The notes: generated by a model not told the origin, from the sequence alone. Numbered from the stretch's first letter, positions 30,234 to 42,521 are shown. The stretch is DNA of 64,000 bases from Alphaproteobacteria bacterium (GCA_016124645.1 WGNE01000031.1:59557-123556); one strand, 5' to 3'. Numbers and translations are program-made.

Positions 30234-31250
30234 TTACGCGGCGGATTTCACCACGAAGGTCGCGCGCTTGGAAAGCTCCTTGAGCTTGGACGCGCCGACG
30301 TAGGTGCAGGCGGAGCGCAACCCGCCCAGGATTTCCTGCACGGTGTCCTTCACGTCGCCCTTGTATTCCACCTTGACCACCCGGCCTTCGGAAGCGCGGT
30401 GGGGCGCGACGCCGCCCGCGTATTTGTCCATCGCGACCTTGGAGGACATGCCGTAGTATTCGACCAGCCCGTCGTCGCTGTCCTTGATCTCCTTCAGCTC
30501 GTCCGCGGACATGCATTCGGTATGGCCGGCCAGCATGCCGCCCAGCATCACGAAATCCGCACCGGCGGCGAAGGCTTTCGCCACGTCGCCCGGCATGCGG
30601 CAGCCGCCGTCCGCGCAGATGAGGCCGGAAAGACCGTGCGCCGCGTCCGCGCATTCGATGATGGCGGAAAGCTGCGGATAGCCGATGCCCGTCATCGCCC
30701 GCGTCATGCAGGCGGAACCGGGGCCGATGCCGACCTTCACGATGTCCGCGCCCGCGAGGATCAGCGCCTCGGTCATGTCGGGCGTGGCGACGTTGCCGGC
30801 CATGATGATCTTGCCCGGGTGGTGCTTGCGCACGTCGCGGATGAAATCGACGAAGTTCTCGGTATAGCCGTTGGCGACGTCGAGGCAGATCTTGTTGATC
30901 GAGTTGCTTTGCAGCGTGTTGAGCACGTTGTCTATTTTATTGATATCGTCGATGCCGAAGGTGACGAAGGAGAACGCGCCCGAGATATTGGCCTTCTGCA
31001 TCTCGTCCAGCGGGTAGTGCTTGTGCAGGGCGGTGAACATGTCGTGCTCGGCCAGCGCCGCGCCCATCTTGAGCGTGCCCACGGTATCCATGTTGGCGGC
31101 GATGATCGGCACGCCGGTGATATCGACGCCCGCGTGCGGGGTCTTGAAGGTGCGCGACAGCTCCACGTCGCCGCGCGATTTCAGGCGCGAGCGCTTGGGG
31201 CGGATGAGGACGTCGTTGAAGTCCAGCTTGCGTTCGGTCTCGATTCTCAT
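30234..31250 (-). CDS. guaC: GMP reductase
   Basis: [24 protein letters not shown]...[21 protein letters not shown]-reductase TIM barrel. Length about 338 aa. Confidence 0.9.
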   Translation of the reverse strand: MRIETERKLDFNDVLIRPKRSRLKSRGDVELSRTFKTPHAGVDITGVPIIAANMDTVGTLKMGAALAEHDMFTALHKHYPLDEMQKANISGAFSFVTFGIDDINKIDNVLNTLQSNSINKICLDVANGYTENFVDFIRDVRKHHPGKIIMAGNVATPDMTEALILAGADIVKVGIGPGSACMTRAMTGIGYPQLSAIIECADAAHGLSGLICADGGCRMPGDVAKAFAAGADFVMLGGMLAGHTECMSADELKEIKDSDDGLVEYYGMSSKVAMDKYAGGVAPHRASEGRVVKVEYKGDVKDTVQEILGGLRSACTYVGASKLKELSKRATFVVKSAA

Positions 31251-31404
31251 AAGGTCTCTCCGGTCGTGGTTGCGCGCAAAAAGGCGACCGCGGGGCCGTT
31301 GCTTGCGGGCCGTGCGATCCTTGGTGAAACCGTGAAATATGTCAGGGGGTTTCGTCTATTCTTAGGGGGTTTCGCGCAAAAGAACAAGTGATTCGCATAT
31401 CAAA

Positions 31405-31433
31405 TTGACATAATTTTGTTATCCGTCTATGGT
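31405..31433 (+). promoter_or_regulatory. candidate sigma70-type promoter
   Basis: TTGACA (31405-10), 17-nt spacer, TATGGT (31428-33), about 25 nt upstream of the ATG at 31458. Overlaps the ORF-track start at 31416, which is therefore rejected. Confidence 0.45.
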
Positions 31434-31457
31434 TTTCCAGCAAGAACGGAGACCCCC

Positions 31458-31886
31458 ATGCGCAAAGCCGCGCCGCAGGACATCGCCCTTGGCATCCTCG
31501 AAAACCATCTCGGCCGGGAGGTGGAGATGGACGGCGCCGCGCGCGTGCCCGTATCCATGAACGCGGGCGTCCTTGAAAGCCTGCGCAGCGTCGTCACCCT
31601 CAGCGGCTATTTCCTGTGCCTGCATATCGAGGGGGCCGAAATCGTCTCCGCCCCGCCGATGAACCACGACCAGAAGATGGAAGACATCATGTCCGTCCAC
31701 GTCTGGCTCCTGCCCTGCGCGGACGGGAAATGGCGGCTGGGGGCGTCGCCGGACGACGTGCCGAAAACCCCTGCGCAAATGCGCGCCGAAAGGCTCTCCG
31801 AAAGTTTCACGGCTGGCAGCGGAAAGGAGATTCCCGTTCAAAGGCCCCTGAAGATCACGCCGCGCAAGCCGCCCGGCCCCGGCTGA
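31458..31886 (+). CDS. hypothetical protein with basic tail ...PVQRPLKITPRKPPGPG
   Basis: GGAG RBS 7 nt upstream of the ATG at 31458. The tail matches the PLKI..RK motif of the ANK protein at 944..1459. Confidence 0.6.
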   Translation: MRKAAPQDIALGILENHLGREVEMDGAARVPVSMNAGVLESLRSVVTLSGYFLCLHIEGAEIVSAPPMNHDQKMEDIMSVHVWLLPCADGKWRLGASPDDVPKTPAQMRAERLSESFTAGSGKEIPVQRPLKITPRKPPGPG

Positions 31887-31900
31887 CGAAACGAAGCCCG

Positions 31901-33226
31901 TTATTTCCCGATGCAGAAATCGCGGAAGATCTTGTCCAGCAATTCCTCGACATGCACTTTTCCCGTGATGCGGCCAAGCGCGCGCAGGGCGAGGCGCATG
32001 TCTTCCGCCGCCAGCTCCGGCAGGGCCGCTTCCTTCGCGCGTTCCAGCGCGGCGGCGGCTTCCTCGAGCGCGAGACGGTGACGCTCGCGCGTGAGCGCGG
32101 GCCCCGCGTTTTCGCGCGCGCCGAACAGCGCGGCGGTTTTTTGCCCGAGCATTTTCAGCAATTCGTCCATGCCCGCGCCCGTGCGCGAGGACAGTGCGAG
32201 GCTCCCCGAAATTTTTCCAGGCGGGTTTTTCGCAAGGTCCGACTTGGTAAAGACGGCGATGGTGTTTTCATCCACCAGCGAAAGCGTTTCCGCGTCGCGT
32301 TCCGCCAGCGTCGCATCGAACAGGGCAAGGCGGATATCCGCCTTTTCCGCGACCGCCTGCGCGCGGCGGATGCCTTCCGCCTCGATGCTGTCGCCCGTGG
32401 CGCGCAGCCCCGCGGTATCGGCGAGGATGACGGGATAGCCCGCAAGGTCGAGATGCACCTCGATCACGTCGCGCGTGGTGCCCGCCTGTTCGGAGACGAT
32501 GGCGGCCTCGCGCGCGGCCAGCGCGTTGAGCAGGCTGGACTTGCCCGCGTTGGGCGCGCCGATGATGGCGATGAGGATGCCGTCGCGCAATCTTTCCCCG
32601 CGCCGCGCGTCGTTCAGGTGCGCGCGGATTTCCTGCAGCAATTCTTCCAGCGGCGCGGAAAGCGTGTCGGCCAGCCCCTGCGGCAGGTCTTCGTCCGGGA
32701 ACTCGATCTCCGCTTCCTGATGGGCGAGCAGGCCGGAAAGCCGGTCCGTCCAGCCTTGGTAAAGCTTTTCCAGCGCGCCGCCCAATTGGTTCAAGGCCTG
32801 CAACCGCTGCGCCTCCGTCTCCGCCGCGACGAGGTCGGCGACGGCTTCGGCGGCGGTGAGATCGAGCTTGCCGTTCTCGAAGGCGCGCTTGGTGAACTCG
32901 CCCGGCTCGGCCATGCGGCAGTTCTCGAATTTCCCGAGCGCGCGCAACATGCCGTCGATGACCGCGCGGCCGCCGTGCAGGTGGTATTCCACCACGTCCT
33001 CGCCGGTGAAGCTGGCGGGGGCTTTGAAGTAAACCGCGATGCCGTGGTCGAGCACGGCGGATGTTTCGGGATCGCGCAGGGTATGAAGCCGCGCCTGCCT
33101 TGGCGGGAAATCTTTCTTGCCGGTCAGCGCTTCGAGCGTTTGCAGGGCTTCGGGGCCGGAGATGCGCACGACCGCCACGCCCGCGCGATAGGAACCTGAC
33201 GCCAGCGCGAAGACCGTCCGCGTCAT
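31901..33226 (-). CDS. mnmE: tRNA modification GTPase MnmE
   Basis: GAPNAGKSSLLNAL, TTRD, DTAGLR and the C-terminal FCIGK motif. The start overlaps the upstream stop (TGATG). Confidence 0.95.
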   Translation of the reverse strand: MTRTVFALASGSYRAGVAVVRISGPEALQTLEALTGKKDFPPRQARLHTLRDPETSAVLDHGIAVYFKAPASFTGEDVVEYHLHGGRAVIDGMLRALGKFENCRMAEPGEFTKRAFENGKLDLTAAEAVADLVAAETEAQRLQALNQLGGALEKLYQGWTDRLSGLLAHQEAEIEFPDEDLPQGLADTLSAPLEELLQEIRAHLNDARRGERLRDGILIAIIGAPNAGKSSLLNALAAREAAIVSEQAGTTRDVIEVHLDLAGYPVILADTAGLRATGDSIEAEGIRRAQAVAEKADIRLALFDATLAERDAETLSLVDENTIAVFTKSDLAKNPPGKISGSLALSSRTGAGMDELLKMLGQKTAALFGARENAGPALTRERHRLALEEAAAALERAKEAALPELAAEDMRLALRALGRITGKVHVEELLDKIFRDFCIGK

Positions 33227-33627
33227 CAGCCGGCTTTCGTGTCGGATGCCGCTTGCGAAGACCTGCCCTGCTTTTGCGCTTCGGTCAGTTCCGTCTGGCC
33301 TTTTTTCAGCTGCAGGCGCGTCACGATATCGCCGCCCTTGATGTGCTTCTCAAGAATTTCGTCCACGTCCTCGCGCGTGGCGATGCTGTACCACACGCCT
33401 TCGGGATAGACGACGACGGTCGGGCCCAGCTCGCAGCGGTCGAGGCAGCCGGCGTTGTTGACCCGCGTGCCCTCCAGCCCCATTTCCTTCGCGCGCACCT
33501 TCATATAGTTGCGCAGGGCGTCCGCGCCCTTTTCCTTGCAGCAGCCGCGCGGATGCCCGGCGGGGCGCTCGTTGCTGCAGCAAAAGATATGATGGGTGAA
33601 GTGGAGGTCTTGCTCGTCGGTGCTCAT
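33226..33627 (-). CDS. thioredoxin-like [2Fe-2S] ferredoxin
   Basis: HIFCCSNERP..HPRGCC...GCLDRCELGPTVVVYPEGVWY pattern. Confidence 0.8.
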   Translation of the reverse strand: MSTDEQDLHFTHHIFCCSNERPAGHPRGCCKEKGADALRNYMKVRAKEMGLEGTRVNNAGCLDRCELGPTVVVYPEGVWYSIATREDVDEILEKHIKGGDIVTRLQLKKGQTELTEAQKQGRSSQAASDTKAG

Positions 33628-33687
33628 TTGTCATCGCCCGCTTGATTGTTTACGGTTAAGGTAGTGAAAAGGAAAGAAACGGGCAAG

Positions 33688-35787
<2,100 letters not shown>

Positions 35788-35872
35788 CAAACAACCGCGT
35801 CCCGCCAAGAATAAGTTGACCGGGGCGGATAAGAGGGTAGTCTTATGAAGTACTGTTTCGGGGGTTTTCACT

Positions 35873-36523
35873 ATGGGAAAAGATATCAAGATCAAGGCGC
35901 ATGACGGCGGCAGTTTTTCCGCCTATGTCGTGAAGCCGCAAACCGACCTGCCCGCCGCGGCAGTGGTCGTCATCCAGGAAATTTTCGGCGTCAACGCCGT
36001 GATGCGCGACATTTGCAACAATCTTGCTGGCGCGGGCTACATCACCATCTGCCCCGACCTGTTCTGGCGGCAGGAGCCGGGGCTGCAGCTGACCGACAAG
36101 ACGGAAGCCGACTGGCAGCGCGCCTTCGAGCTTTTCAACGGCTTCGACATCGATCTGGGCATCGAGGACCTGAAGACCACCCTCGCCCATGTCCGCAAGG
36201 ACAAGGACTGCAACGTCTGCTACTACGGCGTGGGCATCGACGAGCTGCTGGACGAGGCGCCGCGGATAAAAAAACAGCTGCTGATGCACATCGCCGAGCG
36301 GGACCAGTTCGTGCCGATGGAGGCGCAGCAAAAGATCCTCGCCGCGCTCAACAAACACAAGAACGTGGAAATCCACGTCTATCCCGACGTCGATCACGCC
36401 TTCGCGCGGGTGGACGGCCAGCACTACGACAAAGAAGCCGCCGGCAAGGCCAACTTCCGCAGCGCCGACTTCCTCGCCACGCACCTGTCACCTTCGAAGA
36501 CGTCAAATGGCGGACTCCACTGA
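35873..36523 (+). CDS. dienelactone hydrolase-family protein lacking the nucleophile-elbow segment (probable pseudoenzyme)
   Basis: VVVIQEIFGVNAVMRD...ICPDLFWR and the C-terminal YYGVG...ERDQFVP...DHAF are conserved. About 25 aa, including the G-Y-C-x-G-G nucleophile, are missing between DLKTTLAHVRKDKD and CYYGVG. Confidence 0.75.
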   Translation: MGKDIKIKAHDGGSFSAYVVKPQTDLPAAAVVVIQEIFGVNAVMRDICNNLAGAGYITICPDLFWRQEPGLQLTDKTEADWQRAFELFNGFDIDLGIEDLKTTLAHVRKDKDCNVCYYGVGIDELLDEAPRIKKQLLMHIAERDQFVPMEAQQKILAALNKHKNVEIHVYPDVDHAFARVDGQHYDKEAAGKANFRSADFLATHLSPSKTSNGGLH

Positions 36524-38138
36524 ACTTCCCGACCAACCGGACGAACGGCATTTTGAAATCGCGCAAAATGCCGCGGAGCGGCTCGCGCGCCAGCTGGACG
36601 GCAACGGGCTGAAGGCCGAGCAGGTCCGCCTCGGCCGGCACGAGACGCTGGTGCACGAATTGCCGGGGCAGATGATCGTGGCCCTGAAGCCCGACATCGC
36701 CACCGCCGAGCTGAAGGGCAAGACCCCGCGCGGCGAGGTGCTGCGCACGCGCGACGAGGTCATGGCCCGCGCGGAGGGCGACGTCGAGGGATACCTCGCC
36801 GACGCCAACGTCCACGCCGAGCTGCAGCAGGAAATGGACCGCGACGCCGGGCGCGGCTTCGGCAAGCCCGACTACCGGCAAGCGCTGCAATGCGCGCGTA
36901 ACGAATTCTCCATCGTCGATAAATGCTCGCGCTGCAACGGGGAGACCACGCTGGACTGCAACCAGTGCGGACACACCGGCCACGTGCCCTGCCCGCAGTG
37001 CAACACCGTGGGCACGGTGCAATGCCCCATCTGCTACGGCACCGGCCAGCAGGACGCGCCGGGCGGCGGAAAGATGGATTGCAAGCGGTGCTTCGGCAAG
37101 CGGCTCGTCACCTGCCCCAACTGCCAGGGCCAGCGGCAGATGCGCTGCCTGAACTGCAACGGCCTCGGGCAGGTCAATTGCGTCGATTGCGGGCGCAGCG
37201 GCTACGCCACGCACCTCTTTCAGGTTTCATACCACGCCGAATGCGGCTTCCAGCTGGAACGCCAGTTCATCCCGCAGGAAGTGCAGGAGGTGGTGGACGC
37301 GCTGGGCGTGCGCAACATCGCGACCGAGGGCCATGCGGAGATTTTCCGCATGAACCCGCAGATCGAAAACAACCGCATCGTCTTCCCCTTCACCGCCGTG
37401 CTGCCGACCGCGCGGGCGGATTTCCAGGTCGCGGGCAAGACCTATCCCGCCACGGTCGCGGGGCTGCATTCGCGCCTGCTGGAGATCGAGCCGATGATGG
37501 ACAAGCTCATCAAGCCCGGCATCAACGCGCTGTTCAAGCTGTCCAAGGGGCCGATGGCCTCGGAAGCGCTCATCGACGCCGCCTGCCGCTACAAGGTCAT
37601 CCGCTTCGCGCTCTCGGGGCTGATGGGCCATTCGAAACGCCAGATCTACGCGCGCATCACCAAGGAATACCCCGCCATCCTGACGGAGAAATACGCCAAG
37701 GCGACTGTGCAGTATTCGGAGGTCGCGATGCTCGCCATCGCCGCCGCGCCGCGCAAGCGCGGCTTCATCATCGGCGCGGTCATCGCGGGCGCGCTGGACG
37801 CGGGCTGGTACCTCGGCCCCCTGCGCGCGCAGGCGGTGGCGGCGATGACCGCCGCGGGCAAGGCGGCGCAGGTACCCGCCGCGGACGGCGCGGTCTGGCT
37901 GGCGGGCTTTCTTGCGACCTTCTTCACCATCAAGGTCCTCGCGGGCCGCGCGCTGAAGGACCTGCTGCCCGAAAACGTCAAGAACGAGCAAAAACAAGGC
38001 CTGCCGCCCGCGGGCGCGCTGGGCTACTGGGCGCTGCCCCTGACCGCCGCGGTCTGGCTGGCCCTCGCCTTTTTCGCCCATCCGCACCCCGGATGGATCG
38101 ATATGATTCTGGACAAGCTCCACATTCACCACGGATAG
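36507..38138 (+). CDS. membrane protein with eight regularly spaced CxxC zinc-knuckle motifs (double DnaJ-CR-like)
   Basis: CxxC at aa 140,151,162,173 and 192,203,214,225 (nt 36924-37190). Three C-terminal TM helices. The start overlaps the upstream gene by 17 nt. Confidence 0.65.
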   Translation: MADSTELPDQPDERHFEIAQNAAERLARQLDGNGLKAEQVRLGRHETLVHELPGQMIVALKPDIATAELKGKTPRGEVLRTRDEVMARAEGDVEGYLADANVHAELQQEMDRDAGRGFGKPDYRQALQCARNEFSIVDKCSRCNGETTLDCNQCGHTGHVPCPQCNTVGTVQCPICYGTGQQDAPGGGKMDCKRCFGKRLVTCPNCQGQRQMRCLNCNGLGQVNCVDCGRSGYATHLFQVSYHAECGFQLERQFIPQEVQEVVDALGVRNIATEGHAEIFRMNPQIENNRIVFPFTAVLPTARADFQVAGKTYPATVAGLHSRLLEIEPMMDKLIKPGINALFKLSKGPMASEALIDAACRYKVIRFALSGLMGHSKRQIYARITKEYPAILTEKYAKATVQYSEVAMLAIAAAPRKRGFIIGAVIAGALDAGWYLGPLRAQAVAAMTAAGKAAQVPAADGAVWLAGFLATFFTIKVLAGRALKDLLPENVKNEQKQGLPPAGALGYWALPLTAAVWLALAFFAHPHPGWIDMILDKLHIHHG

Positions 38139-38148
38139 CGCGAACGGC

Positions 38149-40575
38149 ATGGGAATGGTCAGCGAAGAAATCAAAGCGGCCGCGAGAAACGGCGACGTCG
38201 GCGCGATGCTGCAATGGGCCTCGCACTGCATCAAGACCGACGCCGATTCCGCCGCAAGGGCGCGCGCCTTGCTGGGACTGGCGGAAAGCCGCAAGCCCCA
38301 GAGCATCTACGACCTTGCGACCGACATCTACCTTGGCGGAACGAAGGGGGCTTTCCTGCCCGTGCCGGAGCTTTCCACGCTGCTGTTCAAGCAGGCGGCG
38401 GCGGAAAAAAACGGCCTTGCGACCGAACGGCTGGGCGATATCGAGCTTCAGGCCAAAAGCCCCATCGGCGCGGTCGGCTATTACACCGCCGCGGCGAAGC
38501 TGGGCCAGACGAGCGCCGCGCTGAAGCTTGCCTATCTTCGGATATTCGGGCTGGGCGTGAGGCAGGACGTCCCGCGCGGCGTTTCGGAACTCAAGGAAAT
38601 CGCCGCGAAACGCCCGTCCGGCGACAGCAGCGTCAACGAAAGCGTCAGCACGACCATGGCCGCCACCGCCGCGCAGAAATCGCTGCAGGACGGGACGCTC
38701 GATATCCTTTTTTCCATGTACCTGCTGGACGCGGCGGATTACAAAAAGATTTGCAGCAAGGACGGCACCTGCAATATCGCCGATATCGAAGAGCATTTCA
38801 GCGGCACCCGCCGCGCCGCGGAATACCTGGGCAAGGCCGCCGCGCCGAAGGGCGAAAAATCCGCCGCCACCGCAAGCCCTGCCGCCGCCCCTTCGGTTGA
38901 CCCGCTTTTCGAGGCGCGCGCGAAAAGGGCGGAAGCGGGCGACCGCGCCGCGCTGGTGGAATGGACGCGCGGCACGCCGGAATACGCGGCCAATGCCGCC
39001 GGGGCGGAAAAGCTGCTCATGGGCATCGACGGGAAGATGGGGCGTTTCAGGTGCTTCGACCTCGGCACCCTGCTTTACAGCCGCGACGGGGACAACCGGC
39101 TGGCCGCCCTTTGGTATCAAAGGGCGGTATCGATGGGCGACAGCATTTCCGCCGAGTGCCTCGCGCGCATCGCCGCGCTGAAGGGCGACGGCAAGGCCGC
39201 AGCCGAATGGCTGAAAAAGGCGGCGGACATGGGCAATGCCTCCGGCCTTTACAAATACGGCATGTGCGCGTTTTTCGGCATCGGCATGAAGCGCGACGAA
39301 GAGGCGGGCATGGCGGATATCCGCAAGGCCGCCGACATGGGGGATGAAAGCGTGCACGGCGCGGCGCAGGCGCGGCTGACGCTTGAAAAGAAAAGCGTCT
39401 GCGCGGATTGCGTCAGCATGTTCTTGGGCAGTTCCGCCATCCGCGCGCTGAAGAACGCGGAAGGGCGGCTCGACGTTTCCGCGCTGGAGGCCTATTTCTC
39501 CAAGAACCCCTTCGCCGCACCGGCCCTGCCGGAAGCGCCGGCGACCGTCGCGGCGGGAACGCCCGCGGGAGATCTTTTCGCCGTGACGGCCCCCGGACAG
39601 GCGGACTTCCGCCGCCAGCCGGACGACATGGCGCAGCAGCCCCCGCGCCTCGCCCCCGTCGTCGCGCCCAACAACCCGATGGCGGACCTGAACGCGCTGA
39701 TCGGGCTGGAGAACGTGAAGGCAAGCGTCAAGGGCGTGGCCAACCGCATCGCCTTCGCGAAGATGCGCGAAAAGGCGGGGCTGCGGTTTTCCGACTTCAA
39801 CCTGCACTTCGTCTTCAGCGGCAACCCCGGCACGGGCAAGACCACGGTGGCCCGCATTCTGGGACGCATCCTGCATGCCGTCGGCTATCTGGCCACGGGC
39901 ACCGTCGTGGAGGCCACGGCGCAGGACATGATCGGCGAATACGTCGGTACCACGGGGCCGAAAACGATGGCTAAAATCAAGGAAGCGATGGGCGGGATCC
40001 TCTTCATCGACGAGGCCTACGCCCTGATGATGGCACAGGGCGCGACCGGCAAGTCTTTCTCCGGCGAGGCGGTGGCCGCGCTGCTCAAGCAGATGGAGGA
40101 CCGGCGCGGCGAATTCGTCGTCGTCGCAGCGGGCTACCCCGAGGAGATGAAGAAATTCGTCAACTTCAACCCGGGATTAAGCTCGCGCTTCACCGAATAC
40201 ATCGATTTTTCCGACTACGGCAGCGACGAGCTGGAAAAAATCTTCATGAAGATGCTGAAGGACAACGAATACGACCTCGCGCCCGACGCGCAGGGCGAGC
40301 TGCCGCGCATGATGACGGAAGCGCCCTCGCTGTTCGACCGCAACTTTCCCAACGCGCGCTTCGTGCGCAACCTATATGAAGACTGCGAGCAGTTCATGTC
40401 CAACCGGGTGATCGAGAAATTCGGCGGCCACGGCGCGAACGCCGGACAGGCGGGCCTGCAGGACCTGACCACCATCGAGAGGCCCGACCTCGACAAGGCC
40501 TACGACAAGCAGCGCGCGGCGGCGAAAATGCTGGGCGACAAGCAATCGAACCCCATCGGCTTCCTGTCGCGGTAA
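38149..40575 (+). CDS. Sel1-repeat protein fused to a CbbX/SpoVK/EccA-type AAA+ ATPase
   Basis: N-terminal two-thirds carries Sel1-like repeats (e.g. AAEWLKKAADMGNASGLYKYGMCAFFGIGMKRDEEAG). Walker A GNPGTGKTT (about 39820). Walker B ILFIDEAY (about 39997). ...VVVAAGYPEEM...NPGLSSRF. Confidence 0.8.
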   Translation: MGMVSEEIKAAARNGDVGAMLQWASHCIKTDADSAARARALLGLAESRKPQSIYDLATDIYLGGTKGAFLPVPELSTLLFKQAAAEKNGLATERLGDIELQAKSPIGAVGYYTAAAKLGQTSAALKLAYLRIFGLGVRQDVPRGVSELKEIAAKRPSGDSSVNESVSTTMAATAAQKSLQDGTLDILFSMYLLDAADYKKICSKDGTCNIADIEEHFSGTRRAAEYLGKAAAPKGEKSAATASPAAAPSVDPLFEARAKRAEAGDRAALVEWTRGTPEYAANAAGAEKLLMGIDGKMGRFRCFDLGTLLYSRDGDNRLAALWYQRAVSMGDSISAECLARIAALKGDGKAAAEWLKKAADMGNASGLYKYGMCAFFGIGMKRDEEAGMADIRKAADMGDESVHGAAQARLTLEKKSVCADCVSMFLGSSAIRALKNAEGRLDVSALEAYFSKNPFAAPALPEAPATVAAGTPAGDLFAVTAPGQADFRRQPDDMAQQPPRLAPVVAPNNPMADLNALIGLENVKASVKGVANRIAFAKMREKAGLRFSDFNLHFVFSGNPGTGKTTVARILGRILHAVGYLATGTVVEATAQDMIGEYVGTTGPKTMAKIKEAMGGILFIDEAYALMMAQGATGKSFSGEAVAALLKQMEDRRGEFVVVAAGYPEEMKKFVNFNPGLSSRFTEYIDFSDYGSDELEKIFMKMLKDNEYDLAPDAQGELPRMMTEAPSLFDRNFPNARFVRNLYEDCEQFMSNRVIEKFGGHGANAGQAGLQDLTTIERPDLDKAYDKQRAAAKMLGDKQSNPIGFLSR

Positions 40576-40596
40576 ATCCGCGCCGCAAAAACAAAA

Positions 40597-40635
40597 AGCC
40601 GCGGCCCGTGAAGGGCGCGCGGCTTTTCGTTTTTC
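40597..40635. terminator. terminator hairpin between convergent AAA+ gene and rho
   Basis: GC-rich imperfect stem AGCCGCGGCCC...GGGCGCGCGGCT followed by TTTTCGTTTTT. Confidence 0.5.
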
Positions 40636-40645
40636 CGTTTTCTTC

Positions 40646-41956
40646 CTACTGGTTCATCAGCTTGAAGAATTCGTCGTTGTTCTTGGTGTCCTTCATCTTG
40701 TCCAGCAGGAACTCGATGGCATCGACCGTGCCCATGGAAGACATAAGCTTGCGCAAGATCCACATCTTGCTGAGGTTGTCGCGACCGACGAGGAGCTCTT
40801 CCTTGCGCGTGCCGGATTTCTGGATGTCGATGGCGGGGAAGACGCGCTTGTCCGCCAGCTTGCGGTCGAGCACGATCTCGGAGTTGCCGGTGCCCTTGAA
40901 TTCCTCGAAGATCACCTCGTCCATGCGCGAGCCGGTGTCGATGAGCGCGGTGGAGATGATGGTGAGCGAGCCGCCCTGTTCGATGTTGCGCGCCGCGCCG
41001 AAGAAGCGTTTCGGGCGTTGCAGGGCGTTGGCGTCCACGCCGCCGGTCAGGACCTTGCCGGAGGACGGCACGACCGTGTTGTAGGCGCGGCCGAGGCGGG
41101 TGATGGAATCGAGCAGGATGACCACGTCGCGCTTGTGCTCGACGAGGCGCTTGGCTTTTTCCAGTACCATTTCCGCGACCTGCACGTGGCGGGCGGCGGG
41201 TTCGTCGAAGGTGGAGGAGATGACCTCGCCCTTCACGGAGCGCGCCATATCCGTCACTTCCTCCGGCCGCTCGTCGATGAGCAGCACGATGAGGTAGGCG
41301 CCGGGGTGGTTGGTCTCGATCGAATGGGCGATGTTCTGCATCATCACCGTTTTACCCGTGCGGGGCTGCGCGACGATGAGGGCGCGCTGGCCGAAGCCGA
41401 TGGGCGAGACGAGCTCGATCACGCGCTGGACCATGCATTTCTTGGTCGGGTCGTCGAGCTCGAGCTTGATCTTGCGGTCGGGGTAGAGCGGGGTGAGGTT
41501 GTCGAAGTTGATGCGGTGCTTGATGCTTTCCGGCCCTTCGAAGTTGATCTGGTTCACGCGCAGCAGGGCGAAATATCGCTCGTTGTCCTTGGGCGCGCGG
41601 ATCTCGCCTTCCACGGTATCGCCGGTGCGAAGGCCGAAGCGCTTGATCTGGCTGGGGGAGACGTAGATGTCGTCCGGTCCCGGCAGGTAGTTTTCTTCCG
41701 GGGAGCGCAGGAAGCCGAAGCCGTCCTGCAGGACTTCCAGCACGCCGGAGCCGGAAATGGGAATGTTCTGCTCCGCCAGGCTTTTCAGGATGGCGAACAT
41801 CATTTCCTGTTTGCGCATGGTGGAGGTGTTTTCGATGCCGAGGCTTTCGGCATAGGCCAGCAGCTCGGCCGGGGATTTGGTCTTCAGCTCGTGCAGGTCC
41901 ATGATCTTGGCGTTAGGGTCGCGCTCGGGCAGGTTCGCCTCTTCCTCTTCGGTCAT
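40646..41956 (-). CDS. rho: transcription termination factor Rho
   Basis: [40 protein letters not shown]..., RNP motifs, Walker A PRTGKT. Start ambiguous: ATG 41902, ATG 41956 or GTG 42061. The ORF-track start at 42232 overlaps the predicted promoter. Confidence 0.95.
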   Translation of the reverse strand: MTEEEEANLPERDPNAKIMDLHELKTKSPAELLAYAESLGIENTSTMRKQEMMFAILKSLAEQNIPISGSGVLEVLQDGFGFLRSPEENYLPGPDDIYVSPSQIKRFGLRTGDTVEGEIRAPKDNERYFALLRVNQINFEGPESIKHRINFDNLTPLYPDRKIKLELDDPTKKCMVQRVIELVSPIGFGQRALIVAQPRTGKTVMMQNIAHSIETNHPGAYLIVLLIDERPEEVTDMARSVKGEVISSTFDEPAARHVQVAEMVLEKAKRLVEHKRDVVILLDSITRLGRAYNTVVPSSGKVLTGGVDANALQRPKRFFGAARNIEQGGSLTIISTALIDTGSRMDEVIFEEFKGTGNSEIVLDRKLADKRVFPAIDIQKSGTRKEELLVGRDNLSKMWILRKLMSSMGTVDAIEFLLDKMKDTKNNDEFFKLMNQ

Positions 41957-42231
41957 GTCGTCCTGCGGCAAGTGGCCGTTTCCATTTCCGTTGCCGTTGC
42001 TGTTGCCGCCGCGTGAGTTGCCGCCTGACTGTCGGCCGGAATGACGTGTGCGTTTTACCACTGTATGCTCTTTCGTATGCTGATGTCTTTTAGGGGAATG
42101 ATGATGCGCCTGATGCGTGCATCTTGAGTTGCTTTGGAAGACCGGTTGCGGATCTGAATTTGCGTTTGATGTCTTGAATGAATGCCGGGACAACCAAAAA
42201 TGCGGGCCGGATTTCAAGAGTAGATAGCGCA

Positions 42232-42260
42232 AAAATAGACATTTTTCAGATGTATGTCAA
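42232..42260 (-). promoter_or_regulatory. candidate sigma70-type promoter of rho (long leader)
   Basis: Minus strand reads TTGACA (42260-55), 17-nt spacer, TATTTT (42237-32). Confidence 0.4.
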
Positions 42261-42521
42261 CTGCGCATTCCGGGTTTATTCATAAAAATGGGCGAAAAAG
42301 GCAGGAAAATGACCTGTTTCGGGGTTTTTATTTTCATAATCCTGTAAAAACAGGGCATGGCGATGGGCGGTACAGGTGTACACGGCTTCCTCCCCTGCGG
42401 GTTCGGGCGCGCCGGTTCCGGCCTTTGTCGCTCTTTGTCGCCTGCCCCGGTCATTAGGAATTACCAAAGCCATCCCTTGCCGTTATACTTTGCGATACTT
42501 GAACGAAGGATACGCCCGCCG

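Noticed and set aside
40646-42232. ORF-track 528-aa version of Rho starting at 42232
   Set aside because: The first 57 or so codons are AT-richer and His/Ser-rich, and they overlap a good TTGACA-17-TATTTT promoter. The true start is further downstream (42061, 41956 or 41902).
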